Positions 40,995-55,279 of a stretch of 64,000 nucleotides of DNA are shown one piece after another (the first letter of the stretch is position 1; the number at the start of each line of letters is the position of its first letter). The notes under the pieces are model-generated. The model was given only the letters and a program-made list of their open reading frames with translations. It did no database searches and had not been told where the DNA came from. The translations under genes were made by a program, and so were the position numbers. The stretch comes from Geosiphon pyriformis uo1. Taxonomy: Eukaryota > Fungi > Glomeromycota. The stretch lies in contig JAAOMT010000414.1 of assembly GCA_016748015.1 (NCBI GenBank), positions 1-64,000 on the forward strand, written 5' to 3'.

Positions 40995-41360
40995 TGTAAT
41001 TAATTATTTGTTAAATAAATAAAAATAACTAAAAAGTAAAATTTTTAATTATAATTATATATTAGTTATTAATATTATTAATTAGTTATTTTAGCTTTAT
41101 AAGTAATTATTAATTAATTATTAATTTAATTATTAGCTTAAGTATTAATTTAATTATTAATTTGATTATTAACTGAATTTTTAATATAATTACTGATTTA
41201 ATTATTAATTTTTTTTAAAAATATATAAATAAAATTATAAAATTTTATTTAAAACAAAGATTATTTTTTTTATTTTTTTTACTATTTTTTTATTTTTTTT
41301 AATTTATATAATTATTAGTTTTTATAAAGTATATTAAATAAATATTTACTAAAAAATACA
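40995..41360 (+). mobile_element. Hypermutated solo LTR
   Basis: TG...CA termini, reverse-complement match to 38370-38650, and a C>T-decayed version of the 37540-37575 motif. Confidence 0.65.
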
Positions 41361-41384
41361 TATTTAAAGATTTATAAAAAAAAC

Positions 41385-44300
41385 TTTCTCTTGTTAATCC
41401 CCTGACCACGATGAAAGTGAAGATTTATCAAAGATATAACATATTTTTTTTCCTTTCTCTTTCACCTTTTCATAATTATTTCTTCTAATCTATCTGTCTT
41501 TGTTATCATAGAACTGGTAGGCTCTTCTGCTGATGGCTCTGTTTCAGATTTGGCTGGTTTGGGGACCTGCCCAAATACTAAGAAAAAGCATGTGGAGAGT
41601 GTTTACTCTTGTGCTGCATCATATAAAAAGCCAAAAAAACCTGAAGCTAGTAGTGTTTTGGTCGATTTGTCTATTGGTCTTCTGGCTCTGGAAGATATTG
41701 GTATTTCTGGCAATAAGTCTATGGTATTCTGGGGAAGCAAGATTAGAAGTGTTGCTAGCAGTGTAAGTGGTTTCTCAGATGTTGAGAATATGGCAAACAC
41801 GATTGTCAAAAAAACAAGCTATGCTAAATCAGATGAGAATGATGATATGGACAATGGTACACTGAGAAAAACTCGCACCTGAACATACATGTTGGATAAT
41901 CCTCTGAAGGCTTCAATGTTAGACACTATAAGCGATGATGAAAGTGTGTTTGGTTTTCTTTCTTCAAAGTTTGTTGGTTCTAATGAGCTGCCACCTGCCA
42001 AATCATGTGTCATGAAGAAACGTAGCTTTGAGCCAATTAAATCATTTGCATTAGATGTTGAGTTGTCTGCTGTGTCTGGAAAAACAAATAGTGATAAGTT
42101 AATTGCATTCAAAAAATCTTTTATCAAATTGATGGTTTTGGGGGAACATCAACTCCTTCAAAATTCTCAGGGATTATCAGAGCTTCATTTATATCTGAGT
42201 TTAGTATGATTAGGGCAAATGAATTGGTGATTTGTGAGAAAATTATTGTTAATGATGATTTAAGAAAAGTAAATAGCCATTTAGATCGGGAAGTGATAGT
42301 CAAGAAGATCTCAGTAGATTTTTTCAGATCAGCAATTGAATCAGTATTTTCTAAGTTTGGTTAGGTGATTTCGATTAGAATGCAACTGATTGGCCTGTGG
42401 CAAAAAGCTTTAGTAGAATTTAAGTCATTAGCTGTGGCTAGCCTGGTTGTTTCTAAATGATCAGTTTTTGTGAGTAAAGATTCTGTTCATGTTGCTTTGG
42501 CATTAAATGACAAGAAATTATGGGTGGCCAGAGATTATTATTGGGCATTGCTTTATACTTTTCCAGTTGGTATGACTGCTTATGATTTGTCAAGTTTAGT
42601 GAATTCTTATGGTGAGAAAACTTGTTTTATTGACCATAATCTCAGCTCTTATGCACGTGATAAATGTGCAATTATGTGTTTTGCCAATGAAGCATTCAAA
42701 TTGACAGCTATTGGGTCTGTTCCTGTTTATAAGGATGTGAATTTGCATTGGGCTGGTCTTTTTTTGGCTCGTTGTGCCAAGTGTAAATGTTTTGGTCATA
42801 TTTCTAAAGTGTGTTTGGTTGGTGGGAACTCTGTGGTTCATCATAAGTGAGTGGTGTTTTCTCAAGATCAGGTTTGTTTGGCTAATATTTATAAGAGAAA
42901 ACAAGCTCCAGTTGCCTATCCAGTATTTTTTGGTGGTAAAACTTGGACACAAATTGCTGGTGGTGCATCTTTTCATGTGTTTTCATTGGTTCCTCCTAGA
43001 GCTGGTTTAACTTTAAGTGTGACATCTTTGGTGATGGCTTCTGATTCTTTCAATAATTCTGGTTTAACTGACCACATGGCTTTTCTGGAGTGCTCTATGG
43101 AGCTTTTGTCAAATCAAGTCTCTGAAATTTTAAGGAATTTGAGCTTTGTGGAATTGGTGCCAATTTCATCTTCTTCTTGTGTTCTCTCTTCTGTTGTTGC
43201 TCCTCCTATGAACCCAGTTTTGAATTCGAATATGGCTGTAGATAATGTGATAATGCCTTCACCTTTTTTATCTTCTTCTCTAATAACTGGAAATGCCATC
43301 TCAGACCTGAGTTTGAGCAGCTTGAAGATTCTTATCACTAAGGTGGGTGGATTGAAATCTAAGATGATGGCTTTAGAGGTATTGATTAGTTCAGTTTTGT
43401 CAAGATTGAATTTTTTGTGTTCTGGTTTGGGTTTGTTAGCTCCTTTTCCATCTCAATAAATGGTTTAATTTGGAAAATTGCTATGTGCAACATTAAAGGG
43501 ATGAATAATCCTACAAAACAGAGTGATATAGTTTGTTGGCATAAGGAAATGAACAATGTAATTTCTATTGTTACTGAGACTAAATTAAAAGATAAGATCT
43601 GTTTATGGATTATAAACAGATTTGATGGCATCCGTGTTTTCATTTTTGGAGTGGATTCTGGTTATCTGGGTTCAGGCATGGCTATTATTATGGATGTTTT
43701 TTTAGCTTGTCATGTGTGCAAGGTTTCTGAGGTGCCTGGTTAGATTCTCTGTGTCAAGTTGCTTTTTAAAAATAAACTTTCTGTGTCAATTTTGGGGCTG
43801 TATGTTGATGCTTCCTCAGTGGTTTGGTTCTCTTAAGCTGGTGACATCAACTCCCTTATTGTAAAGGCTGTAAACAAGTCCTCTTTTGTCATTCTCAGCA
43901 GTAATTTTAATGAGGATGGTTCTCACAAATGTGCCAGTTTCAAGAAGTGTTTTGATTTGAATATGGTCAACTCTTTAGCTGGGAGTGCTTTTGCTAAGAA
44001 ACCTACATGATGCAATTCTCGTGAGATTGCTAAGACAATTGATTATGTTTTTGTTTCCTCGAATTTGATTAATGCATTGGTGGGTCACAATGTGGCTAGT
44101 GTGGTAGACTATTTTGATACTGATTATGTGGCTGTTTTTGTCTCTGTGGGTCTGGGTGGTTTGTTGAATATCCAGCTATTGTCGCTGCACAAGCAAGCAA
44201 ACAAGAATTGTTGGAAATATGACATTAAAGATGCTGATAAGAGCAAGTGGTGTTAATTTAGGAATGCTACAGCCACTCATGCTGCTGTGCTCTCAAGTGT

Positions 44301-47300
44301 GTTTAAGACAGCTAAGAGGTTTTTGGATCTGGATGTGATGTGGAATGTTGTTCGTATGGTCATGAGTTCTGTGGCTGATGGAACATTCAAAAGAAAATGG
44401 TTCAAAGGTTATAACAGGGTTTTTACTAAGGTGTCTTCTAAGTTTCATAAACTGGAGTTGCTGGTGTCCAAACTGGTGAAGGTCTCTCGTTTGGTTTCAA
44501 GTGATGATTTTATTTTGCTGCTGGATACATGGGACAGATTGAACTCCAGTGGTGTGGCTGAAGTAAAGTCTTTTTTTCTTTTAGGTTTTACTTTTGATGC
44601 TATTCATTCTGGATTGGTGAAAGTGCGAAAGCTTTACTGTTTTTCCAAGTTATTGAAATCCAAGCATGCTGAAGAATCTTGTGTCAGACAGGCCATTGCC
44701 AATAGAATAGAGAGTTTTGAATTGGATAAAAGTCATATTATTAGAAGTGTGCTGGAGTGGTCTTTTTGTAAAGTGGTATTGGATCATTTGGTTGTTAATG
44801 GTAAGTTGGTTTTGGAGCCCAATTTAGTTAAGTCTGGAGTGGATAAAATTATGGAGGGTTGGACAAGAAAGTGCAGGGTGGTGTCTGATGTCTCTGGTGA
44901 TTGGACTCGTCAATATTAGCCTTTGAATTATGTTTTTAATGATGCATTTTCTGGTGTTATGGGTCCAATTGGTTCTGATAAATTGTTTGCAATGGTTTCT
45001 AATCTGCCTGATGGCAAAGCAGCTGGATTTTCTGGCATCTCTAATAAATTATGAAAACACTGTGACAGCTCAGTCTTGGCTATGCTTTCTGTGCTCTTGA
45101 ATCTGTGTCTAACTTGTGAGTCTGTACTTGGGCTTTAGAAGAAAGCTTGGGTTTCAATAATTCCTAAGCCATATGAATGGGAAGATGTTCTTATGAACAC
45201 ATATCCTATTGTATTGATTAAGACAGCTCGTAAAGTTTTTTTCAAGATTCTTTCAGACAGGATCTCTTCAGTTTGCAGTACTTATAATGTTTTGCATGGA
45301 GACAATTTTTCTGTATTAAGGAGTATGTTAATGCAATTGTCTATTTTTGCCATCAGTTCTGTAATTGAGGATGCATTGAAAAAAAAACTGTGAACTGTGG
45401 CTGGTTTTGCAGGACATACATAAGGCTTATAACTCTGTTGGTTGGGAACATCTCAAGAGGAGTTTAGTTAAAATCAAAATGTGTAACAGGTTTATTGGGT
45501 TTTTTGGTGATATTCACAATAATCAAGTTAACAGGGTGATGACTGACTTTGGCTTAACTGATGGATATTGTGTTCATGATGGCTTAGACCAGGAGAAAGT
45601 GTTCTTATCTTTTCTTTGGCACATATTCTATGATTCACTTCTGTGTGAAGCCAAAAGGCAAGAAAGTGTGTGTAGTTATAGGCTGAATTCTCATTTTGTT
45701 TCCAAGTTGGACCAGGTAAAATCTCAGACAGGATTGACATCATTTTTTGCTGCTAGTGCTTATGTCAATGATACAATTTGGGTTGGTAGTAGTCAGACTG
45801 CTACACAACATATCCTTAATATTGCTAGTGAATTCTTTAGGTTTAATGATATTTTTATAAATAATAACAAGACTGTGGCCATTTCCATTAACTGCCAAGT
45901 TTTTAACTCTCATCTGACTGTCAGTAGTTTGCCTATTTCTGTCACTAAAAAGAAGGAGCCTCATTATTATTTGGGCATTTTTTTGTCTTCTAAGGGTCTA
46001 TCAAAGTCTAGCATGACAAAAACACACTCAGATGTTCGGTTTTTTGTCAATTTTGTTCTAAAGAAGGTGATTTCAGATAAGCAGTTTGCGTACTTGGTAT
46101 CAGTGGTTCTTTTTCTTATTGTCAATTACAGAACCCAGTTCAGTTTTGTTCCTATTAATGTTTGTAATAAATGGGATACTATGATTTGTAGGGGCTTGAA
46201 GTCCAAGTCTGGCCTCTCATATGATTTCCCTACTGATGCAATCTATTATCCCTCCTTGTATGATTTAAAGACTTTTGAACAGATCCAGGCTAAGAGCAAA
46301 TCAGCTTCCATTGTTCTTTTTGTGAATTCACTGGGCATTTTGGATTGATTATTTTCTCATAGGTTTCATGATCTTCAAGTTCTTAGCTGGTATTTTCACC
46401 ATCTTTTGCAGTTTTCAGTTCATATCAGAGTCAACCCCTCTGATAATTTTTTGGCTGGTATGGTCCACATTTTTTCTGGATGTGGTTTGTTCTTAGGCAG
46501 CTCTCTGACAAGTGCATTTTGTTATTGGAGTGGTACTCCTATGTCTCTTGTTCTTAGAAAACCTGGTTATTTTAAGTGTGTTTCCTCTCTTCAGCAGTAT
46601 GGGGTTGCCTTTGTGGACCAGCTACATGACAAGCATGATAATATTTTTGGTTGGCCAATCTTTAAGTGGTAAAAGCAACTGAACTCTCATGGCCCTATTT
46701 CCATCTGGTTTGAGCTTTTGGTGCACTTTCTTGGTAGTGTAAACTTTCCTTCTGTTTGTTTTCTGTTTTTGGATGTCTCCTCTGATGTTCTTCAGTCTTA
46801 TGATTTTGATGTCATTGGTGTCAATTTGTTACATGTTGATGCTACTTGTCTTTCTGTATATATGGATGGATTGCTGAGCAGTTTAGGAACTCCTGGTATA
46901 ATGGCTGGTGCTGTTGTTTTTTTTGAGAACATTGATTTGGACCTGGGTGTTGGGATTTCTGGTTTGGTTTCTTCTACAATGGCAGAGTTGCAGGCCATTG
47001 TGCTGGCTCTCAAGTGTATTCCTTCTTCCTGTTCTGTTGACTTGTTTTTGAACAGCCAGGCTGCTCTAGACGCATGTAAATCAAAGTCTGTATTGGCTTG
47101 TCTGAATTTCAGGAATTGGTGCTGGGTTGAGTGTCACCATATTGTTAATGTCATTTGTCGCAAAAATTTGGATGTAAATTGGATTAAAGTTAAAGGTCAC
47201 TCTGGTGTCTCTGACAATGAGCATGCTGATGCTCTAGCCAAAGCTGTTGCTCTTTCTAATAGATGCCTACCTCACATGGTCAGTAAGAGATTTCTTCAAG

Positions 47301-48275
47301 CTGATGGCACAGTTGTCTCTGATAACTCTCAGCATTTTGTTCATAATATCTTCCAATCTATTCACCATTCATATTGGGAGGTTGGTTCCAGTTTCCATGT
47401 TCTGATAGATAGCCTGCATGCTAATATTGATTGGTTTAGATCTTCTTTGGTGTGGCATCCCGATTCTCACTTGGCTGCTGGCTTTACCAGTGCACACACT
47501 GCTGGCTTCTATTCATATTTTATGAAGGCATTGCATCACTGTCTCTCTGTTGCAATATGTAAGCACCTATATAATAAGTGTTATTTTAGTGTGGTGTGTT
47601 TGTTCTGTGGGGATGTCAAAGTCTCAGACCATGTTTTTTTTTGCTCTTTTGATGCTGCTAATCATGACCATTTAATAGAAGCTTATGTATCAGCATGGAA
47701 GTCATGCTTGGGTTTATCTCACTCTTCTTCTTGTGTATTGTAATTGTTGTATGCTTGTGTTTCAGATGTGGTTGTTGGTACTGCTTTGTGTAAAGGCTTT
47801 GTTTTCAATGATTGGTATCATGAATCTGCTTCTGTTTTTAAGGACCCTAAAGTTGCAGCTCAGAATATTGTGTTCTTTGTGCATGAATTCTGTCTTGCTT
47901 TCCAGGATGATATTTGGCTGGTGTGTGCCAAATACCAGGCTGTTATGAAAAAAAATGGTTTGATCCTACCAGATAGTTCTATTTCTGTCTCAATTTCTGG
48001 TCTTTTGGTGGTGTTATCAGCTGGTGTGATTAGATTATTAGGTATTGCTAATGCGCTTGGTATTAGTTTTGGGTTTCGTAAATCTTGTCTGTTTTTCTCA
48101 AGTATTGGGACATGGTCTCTGTTCATATAGGTGCCTAGTGTAGTCTTGATTAGTCTGAGTGGCTGGTCATGTGTAGTAAATGCATGATTCACACCTAGTT
48201 TAGATTATAAATGTGATGTATAATACTAGGCCATATTTGGATTTCACTTATTAAATGATTAAAAAAAAAAAAAAA
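41385..48275 (+). mobile_element. Element B: full-length degenerate LINE (ORF1 ~41411-43459; ORF2 ~43456-48138 APE-RT-RNase H-Zn finger)
   Basis: IWKIAMCNIKGMN/TETKL (APE), QDIHKAYNSV and AYVNDTIW (RT), VYMDG..AELQAI..KVKGHSG..NEHAD (RNase H), CLFC..DHVFFC, and poly(A) at 48261-48275. Confidence 0.95.
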
Positions 48276-48403
48276 TACAATTAATACTTATAATTAAATT
48301 TTAAAAACACTAACAAAAAATATAAAATTGTTTTAATATATTATTTTTTGTTAATAATACAGATTTTTAGATTTTTTTGTTATTTTTTGAAAAGAATAAT
48401 AAC

Positions 48404-51400
48404 AAAAACTTCTTTTTTTCCTACATCCCAAATTTCTAAAAAAGTGCTTTTATTGAGAGAAGTTTTTTACTGCCTTTATTTCTTTTATTATTCAGTTAGA
48501 CACTTCACAATCTTTTCTGTTTGAATACAAGGCTATTATCGGCAGTGACATTTTTGTTATGAAGGAAGTCAAGAAAAAGTCGCTTTCTGGTGCTGCTGTA
48601 GTTGACTTTTTTTCTAAAAAGAAGCACAAGAGTGGTTTATTGGAAGAATCTGTTAAGATGGTTGGTATTTCTGCTAGTGACATCTCTGGTGGTACTGCTG
48701 AAAGTATAAATGAAAATACTATTAAGTCAGAGAGTATTGATATGGAAGAGAAGTATTTGGTGGAGAAAACCAGTTTTCAGCATGAAAGTGAGGAAGAGTT
48801 TGGTGGTAATAATACTAAAATAATGCCCAAGGTCCCAAAAAAGTTGTTACTAAGCGTACTCTTGGAAAGCCTCTTGGCACTATTAACTTCAGCATGGAAA
48901 ATGATGATAATAATAATATTTTGGATAAATTACTCTCTCTTCCTCCCTCTTTTTTTCTCAAAAATATGGTACAGGTCTCAATTAGGAAATCTTTTGCTTT
49001 GGATATTGATCTTACAATGGTGGCTGGCAAGTTCTCTCAAGAAAAATTAGCTTATGTCAGAAAAATTTTCTTTGAAGTAAATGGTTTTGGAGGGGCCTCT
49101 ACCTCCTCAAAATTTGGTGGAATCATTTAGGCTTTTTTTACTTCTAAAAAGGCAATGTTGGCTGCAGCAAAATTGGTGAATGATCATGGTGTTGTGGTAA
49201 ACACCAATCTCAAATGTTCTGTTAACAATTGTATAAATTGGGCAATTGTGTTAAAGAAAATTTCAGTGGGAACATCTGTTGAGGCTGTGTAAGCTGTGGT
49301 ATCTGATTTTGGAAAGATTAAGGTGATTAAAATGCAATTAGTGAGTTTGTGACAAAAAGTGATCATCAAATTGGAAGATCAGATACAAGCTGATCTTTTG
49401 GCTTCTGAATAGTCTATTTTTATCAAAAAAGATGGCCAGAGCTGATGTCAACAAACAAACATGGAATGCCAGAGATAATTATAAAGCATTGCTCTATACT
49501 TTCTCCATGGGAATGACTGCTTATGATTTGTGCGACTTCATTGATTCTGTAGGTGAGAAAATCTGTGTTATCAATCATAATCCTGTCACCTATACTTGTG
49601 TTCATTATGCTACAGTGTGTTTTGATTCTGAGGTGAATTTAGTTAAAGCAATTGCTGTGATCCCTGTTATAAAGAGAGTTGGTCTCCGTTGGTTTCACCT
49701 TTCATTGGCTTTGTGTTCAGAGTGTAAAAATTCTAGTCATACATCTCTCACTTGTAAGTCAGTTAAGATTAGGTCAATTCCCAGAGGCAAGAAAGCCCCT
49801 CTTTCAGCTTAAAACCAGTTCAGATTGGCAAAGATTTATGAAAAAAAGTTAGCATCTATCTTCCATCCTCTGGCTTTCAGTAAAAAAACTTGAACATCAG
49901 TGGTTGGTACTCTTTCTGTGGATTTTCTTCGTAGTACCTACTCCTATTTTGGTTCTATTGATGATAGTAAACCTCTCTTTTCTGGTATGAATGATTTGAA
50001 AAAACAATTGGTCAATATTGAAAGCAGTCTCATCAGTTTCACAGAACAAATTGGTGAGTTGGCTAAGAGATTAAACTCTCTTATGCTAGCAGTTTTCCAG
50101 TTTAGCCATGGATGTTAGCTGCTGGTGACCCCCTCTTCACAAAATCTAGAGAGTGATATAGTGATGAAAGTGGACTCAAGTGAGACCAATGGTGGTGAGG
50201 CTGTTATGGTTTTGGATTCATTTGTGTCCCCCCACATGATCAAGTTAAAAAATATGTTGGAGGGTCTTTCTGCTTCTGTTCTGAGCCTGTCTGCCTGTTT
50301 CAATGGTCTGGTTTTGGTTGGTGGTGCACTTCCCCAACCTTCTTCTCAATAAACATTCTAGTTTGAAAAGTTGCAACTTGCAATGTTGAAGAATGAACAA
50401 TCCTGCAAAACAGGATGATATCATTCATTGGCATAAGGACATGGGCAACTTAATTTCTATTTTTATGGAATCAAAACTAAAGGGAAAGATTTGCCTATGG
50501 ATTTCTAATAGGTTTGATGGCATTCGGGTCTTCACTTTTAGTTTGGAATCTGGTCATCTGGGTGCTAGTGTTGTTGTTGTTATGGATTTGTCTTTAGCAA
50601 GACATGTAAGTAGAGTTTCTAAGGTGCCTGGTTGGCTTCTTTTCATTAAACTGCTTTTTAAGAATAAGATTTTGGTGTCAATTTTGGGACTTTACACTGG
50701 TGCTTTCTCAGTGGTTTGGTTCTCTCAGGCTGGTAAAATCAACTCTTTTATTGCAAAGGCTACAAATAAATCATCTTTTGTCATCCTTAATAATAATTTC
50801 AATGAAGATGGCTCTCATAAGTGTGCGAGTTTCAAAAAATGTGTTGATTTGGGGCTTGTTAATTCTTTGGTTGGTGGTCTGGCTATCAAAGAACCTACTT
50901 GGGCAAACTTTAGAGGAATCATAAAAACAATTAACTTCATATTTGTCTCTCCAAATCTGGTTAATGCAATAGTGTACTGAGAGGTTTTGGAGATCAATGA
51001 GTATTTTGACACAGATCACAAGGCAGTTTCTATGTCTGTAGGTCTTGGTGGTCTTTTGGACACATGGCTGAACTCTTTTCGCAAACAGGTAAATAAAGAT
51101 TGGTGGAAGTTCAATTTCAAGGATGCTAGTGAAGATAAGTGGAATGATTTCAAAAATGCTATGATGGCCAATGCAGCAATGTTCTCAAATGAGTTTGCTG
51201 CAGCTTTAAGGTTCTCAGATTTAGATACAATATAGAATGTTATTTGTAAAGTTATGGTATTTTCAGTTAATAAAATATTCAAAAAAAAATGGTTTAAGAA
51301 CAATAATTATGTCTTTACCAAAGGGTCTTCAAGATTTCACAGATTAGAACTTTTAGTTTCAAAGATTGTTAGGGCTTTTTGCAGGGGTGGTGTTAATGAT

Positions 51401-54400
51401 TTTGTTTCTCTTATGAAATGCTGGTGTTCTTTGGATGGTGCTAAAGCTTTAGTCATTTAGGATTTAGTAGACTCTGGTGCATCTTTTAATTGTGTTCATT
51501 CTGTCCTTTCTTATGCTAAAAAATTTTATCATGCTTTAAAGCTGGCAAAATTTCTGAAAGCTAAAGATGCAAACATTTAATCTGCTATAGACAAAAGGAT
51601 GGAGAGCTTCAAAATGAATAAAGATTATACTATTAAAAATGTGTTGGAGTGCCCATTTCACAAGGTGGTGCTTGATCATTTGGTTGTTGGTAACAAGCTA
51701 GTTCTGAAGCCTGGATTGGTTAAGTCTAAGGTTGATACAATTATGGAAAGTTGGATTCAGAAGCATCAGTTAGTCCCAGATGTTTTTAATAATTAGTGTC
51801 ATTAGTATCAGTCTTTGGGATATGTTTTTGATAGAGCTTTTTCTGATGTGATGTGTTCAATTGATTTTAATGAATTTTTTGGAGTGGTTTCTAATCTGCT
51901 TGATGGCAAAGCTGCTGGTTTCTTGGGTATCTCGAATGAGCTTTGAAAGCATTATGATAAATCTATTCTGGACATGCTCTTGGTGCTTCTGAACTGTTGT
52001 TTGTCTGATGAATCTGTTCCTCATCCTTAGAAAGAAGCCTGGGTTTTGATGATTCTTAAACCATATAAATGGGAGGATGTTTTAATAAATACTTGCCCTA
52101 TTGCATTGATTGAAACAGCTTACAAAATTTTTTCCAAGATTCTCTCTGATGGAATTTCCTTAGCTTACAGTACTTTTGATGTTCTTTATGGAAACAATTT
52201 TTTGGTTTTAAAGGGTACAACAACTCAGTCTCCTATTTTTGCAATTGACTCAGTCATTGAGGATACTTTAAAGAAAGACCGGGAGCTCTGGCTGGTTTTG
52301 CAGGATATGCGGAAAGCATATAATTTGGTTGGCTGGGATTATTTTGAGAAAAGTTTGGTCAAAATTAAGATGTGTAACAGATTCATTTGATTTTTTGGTT
52401 ATATTCATAGGGGTCATATTAATTGAGTTATGACAGATTTTGGTTTAACAGATAGTTATCATGTGCATGATAGTTTGAACCAAAGAGAAGTTTTTTCTTC
52501 CTTCTGTGGCATGTGTTTTATGATCCTCTTTTGTGTGAAGTCAAGTGCCAGGAGAGTGTGTGTGGATACAGAATCAATTCTCATTTTATTTCCAAGAGTG
52601 GTCGCACTAAATCTCAGGCTGGATTTTCCTCCTTTTTTGCTGCTGGTGCTTTTGTTGATGATACAATTTGGTTTGGTAACAGTCAAAATACTACTTAACA
52701 TATTCTTGACATTGTTAGTGAATTTTTCCAGATCAATGACATTTCTATTAACAATGAAAAGATAGTGGTTATTTCTATTAATAGTAGAATCACTGATCCT
52801 TTTGTGGTTCTCCCATTACTATTGCCAAAAAAAAGGAATTTCATCAGTATTTGGGCATTTTTCTTTCAACTGAGAGCCTTTTAAAGCCTAGTTTGGCTAA
52901 AGTGCATTCAGATGTTTGATTCTTCTCCAATTTGGTCCTAAGAAAAGCTGTGTCAGATAAGCAGTTCTTATATTTAGTGTCAGCAGTTTTTTACTCTATT
53001 GTTAGCTACAGAATACAGTTTAGCTTTGTTTTTATTGGTGTGTGCAACAAATGGGATACTCTAATTTATAAGGGCTTGAAGCTTAAGTCTGGTCTGCCAT
53101 TTAACTTTCCTAGTGATACTATTCACCACCCTTCTTTTTATGGTTTGAAATTTTTTTTGCAAATTCAGTCTGAGAGTAAGATTGCTTTACTTGTTAGCTT
53201 TGTGAACTCTGGTGGAATTCTGGGTCACTTATTTTTTCACCAGTCTCATGACCTACAAATTTGGTGTTAGCACTTTGTTCATATATTGGTCTCTCTTGTT
53301 TGTACTCATGTCAGTGCTTCTAATAATTTCCTGGCAGACATAGTTTGTATTCTTCTTGATTATAATTTGTCTTTGGGTGGCTCCATGGCCAGTTCTTTTT
53401 GGTTCCATAATAGTATGCCCATGTCTGCTGTTCTGGGTGAATTAAAGTTTGTCAAATTTTTTTCTTCTCTTTAGCGGTATGATATTGCATTTGTGGAGCA
53501 ACTTCATAATCATTATGGTATTGTCTTTGATTGGTACATCTTTAAGCAGTGGAAGAGGTTGAACCCCCATGGCCCTGTTCTGGAATGGTTCAAGTTGTCT
53601 GCTACATTTTTCAATGATGTAACTCTCTCTTCAGCTCATTTCATGGCTTTGTGTAGTGTTGGTTCTTTGAACATTCTTGAATTCAGTGACTTTGTGTCTG
53701 TTTGTGATTGTCTTTCACAAGTTGATACTAGTGTTTTATCTGTGTACACTGATGGATTCTTGAAAAACTTAGGCACAGTCAACTGTAGAGCCAATACTAT
53801 TGCTTTTTTTGAGGACATTGGTTCGGGTTTGGGTGTTGGTGTGTTGGGTTTGATGTCTTTGACTCTGGTGGAATTGCAGGCTATTGTATTATCTCTGGAG
53901 TGTGTTTTCTTATCTAGTTCTGTTTGCTTGTTTTCGAATAGTCAATCTACATTGGATGTTTGTAAGTCGGAATTGGGTATGGTGTGTTCTGATTTTTGCA
54001 ATTACTATTGGATTGAGCATTGACATATCTTTAATGTTATTCATAATAAGAATTTGAGAGTTAGTTGGCACAAAGTGAAAGATCACTCTGGTGTTTCAGA
54101 AAATGAGCATGCCAATGTTATCGCTGGTAATGCTTCTTTTTTAGGTTGGCGTCTTTCTCCTCATGTAAATGAACATTTTATTGTGGCTAATGGTAATTTA
54201 GTTTCTGGCAATTTTAGACACTTTGTGCATAATATTTTTTGTTCTATTTGTCGTGCACATTAGGAGATTGGTTCTGGTTGCAAATTTTTGGAGAACAGTT
54301 TGCTTTCTGAGGTTGACTGGATCTGTTTTTCATTAATGTGGCATCCTGATTTGCACATGGCTACTGGTTTTACCAGCTGGCCCTTAACTAATGCACATAC

Positions 54401-55160
54401 TTATTTCATGAAGGCTTTACATTATCGCCTGTCTGTTGCCATTCGGAAGTGTCTTTATAGTAGATTTTATCCCAGTGTATTGTGTTTATATTGTGGTGAA
54501 GTGAAGGTGTTGGATCATGTGTTTTCTTGTAAGGTTGACAAGTCTGCCTGCTGTTTGTTATTGGACTCCCATGTGGATTCTTGGAGAGCACTTTCTGATT
54601 TCACTCATGTTTCTTCATGTGTGTTATAGCTGTTGTCATTCTGCACTTTTGGTTTTTCTGTGTTTATGGCTCTCTTTAAGAGTTTTGTTTTTGATAGTTG
54701 GTTTCATAAGGCTGTTTATGTCTTCCACAATTCCAAGATAGCTGGTTTGGAAATTGTTAAGTTTGTGTGCTCTTTCAGTATGGCTTTTAGAGATAATATA
54801 TGGTTGGTTTATGCTAAGCACCATGCCTATATAGAAAAGCATGGTTTGATTTTTCCTGACATTTGGCTCTCATCTTGGTTTCTGGTTTGTCTTCAGGGTT
54901 TTCTGCTGGTGTAGTGAAACTGCTTGGTGTGATTAATGCTTTTGGTGTATGTTTTGGTTTTCACAAATCTTGTTCATTTTTCTCAGGTCTTAGTAGTTTA
55001 GTCTCAGTTTATATAGCTGCATAGTATTGTTCTGATCGGTTCAAGTGGCTGGTCACATGTAAGAAGTGCATGATTCACACCTAGTTTAGATCATTTCTTT
55101 GATATATAGTACTAGGCTGTGTTTGGATCTCACTTGTTAAATAAATAAATAAATAGATAA
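48404..55160 (+). mobile_element. Element C: full-length degenerate LINE (ORF1 48559-50352; ORF2 ~50349-55024)
   Basis: Same domain order, with LQDMRKAY, AFVDDTIW, VYTDG and KVKDHSG. (TAAA)n-like tail. Confidence 0.95.
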
Positions 55161-55279
55161 AATAATAACTAAAATATTTATAAGATTAATCTTATATATT
55201 AATTTAATTTATTTATTAAAGTTGAATTATTTTTTTATTATTTTTATTGTTATATAATACTATTTTTTTTGTTATTAAG

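Noticed and set aside
38370-41360. DIRS-like or TIR element defined by the inverted repeats
   Set aside because: There is no tyrosine recombinase or transposase, one repeat has its own TSD and TG..CA ends, and the interior has a LINE-type tail.
41389-41441. Hammerhead or TPP-riboswitch reading of CCTGA...GATGAAA
   Set aside because: The CUGANGA core and the required helices are not present.
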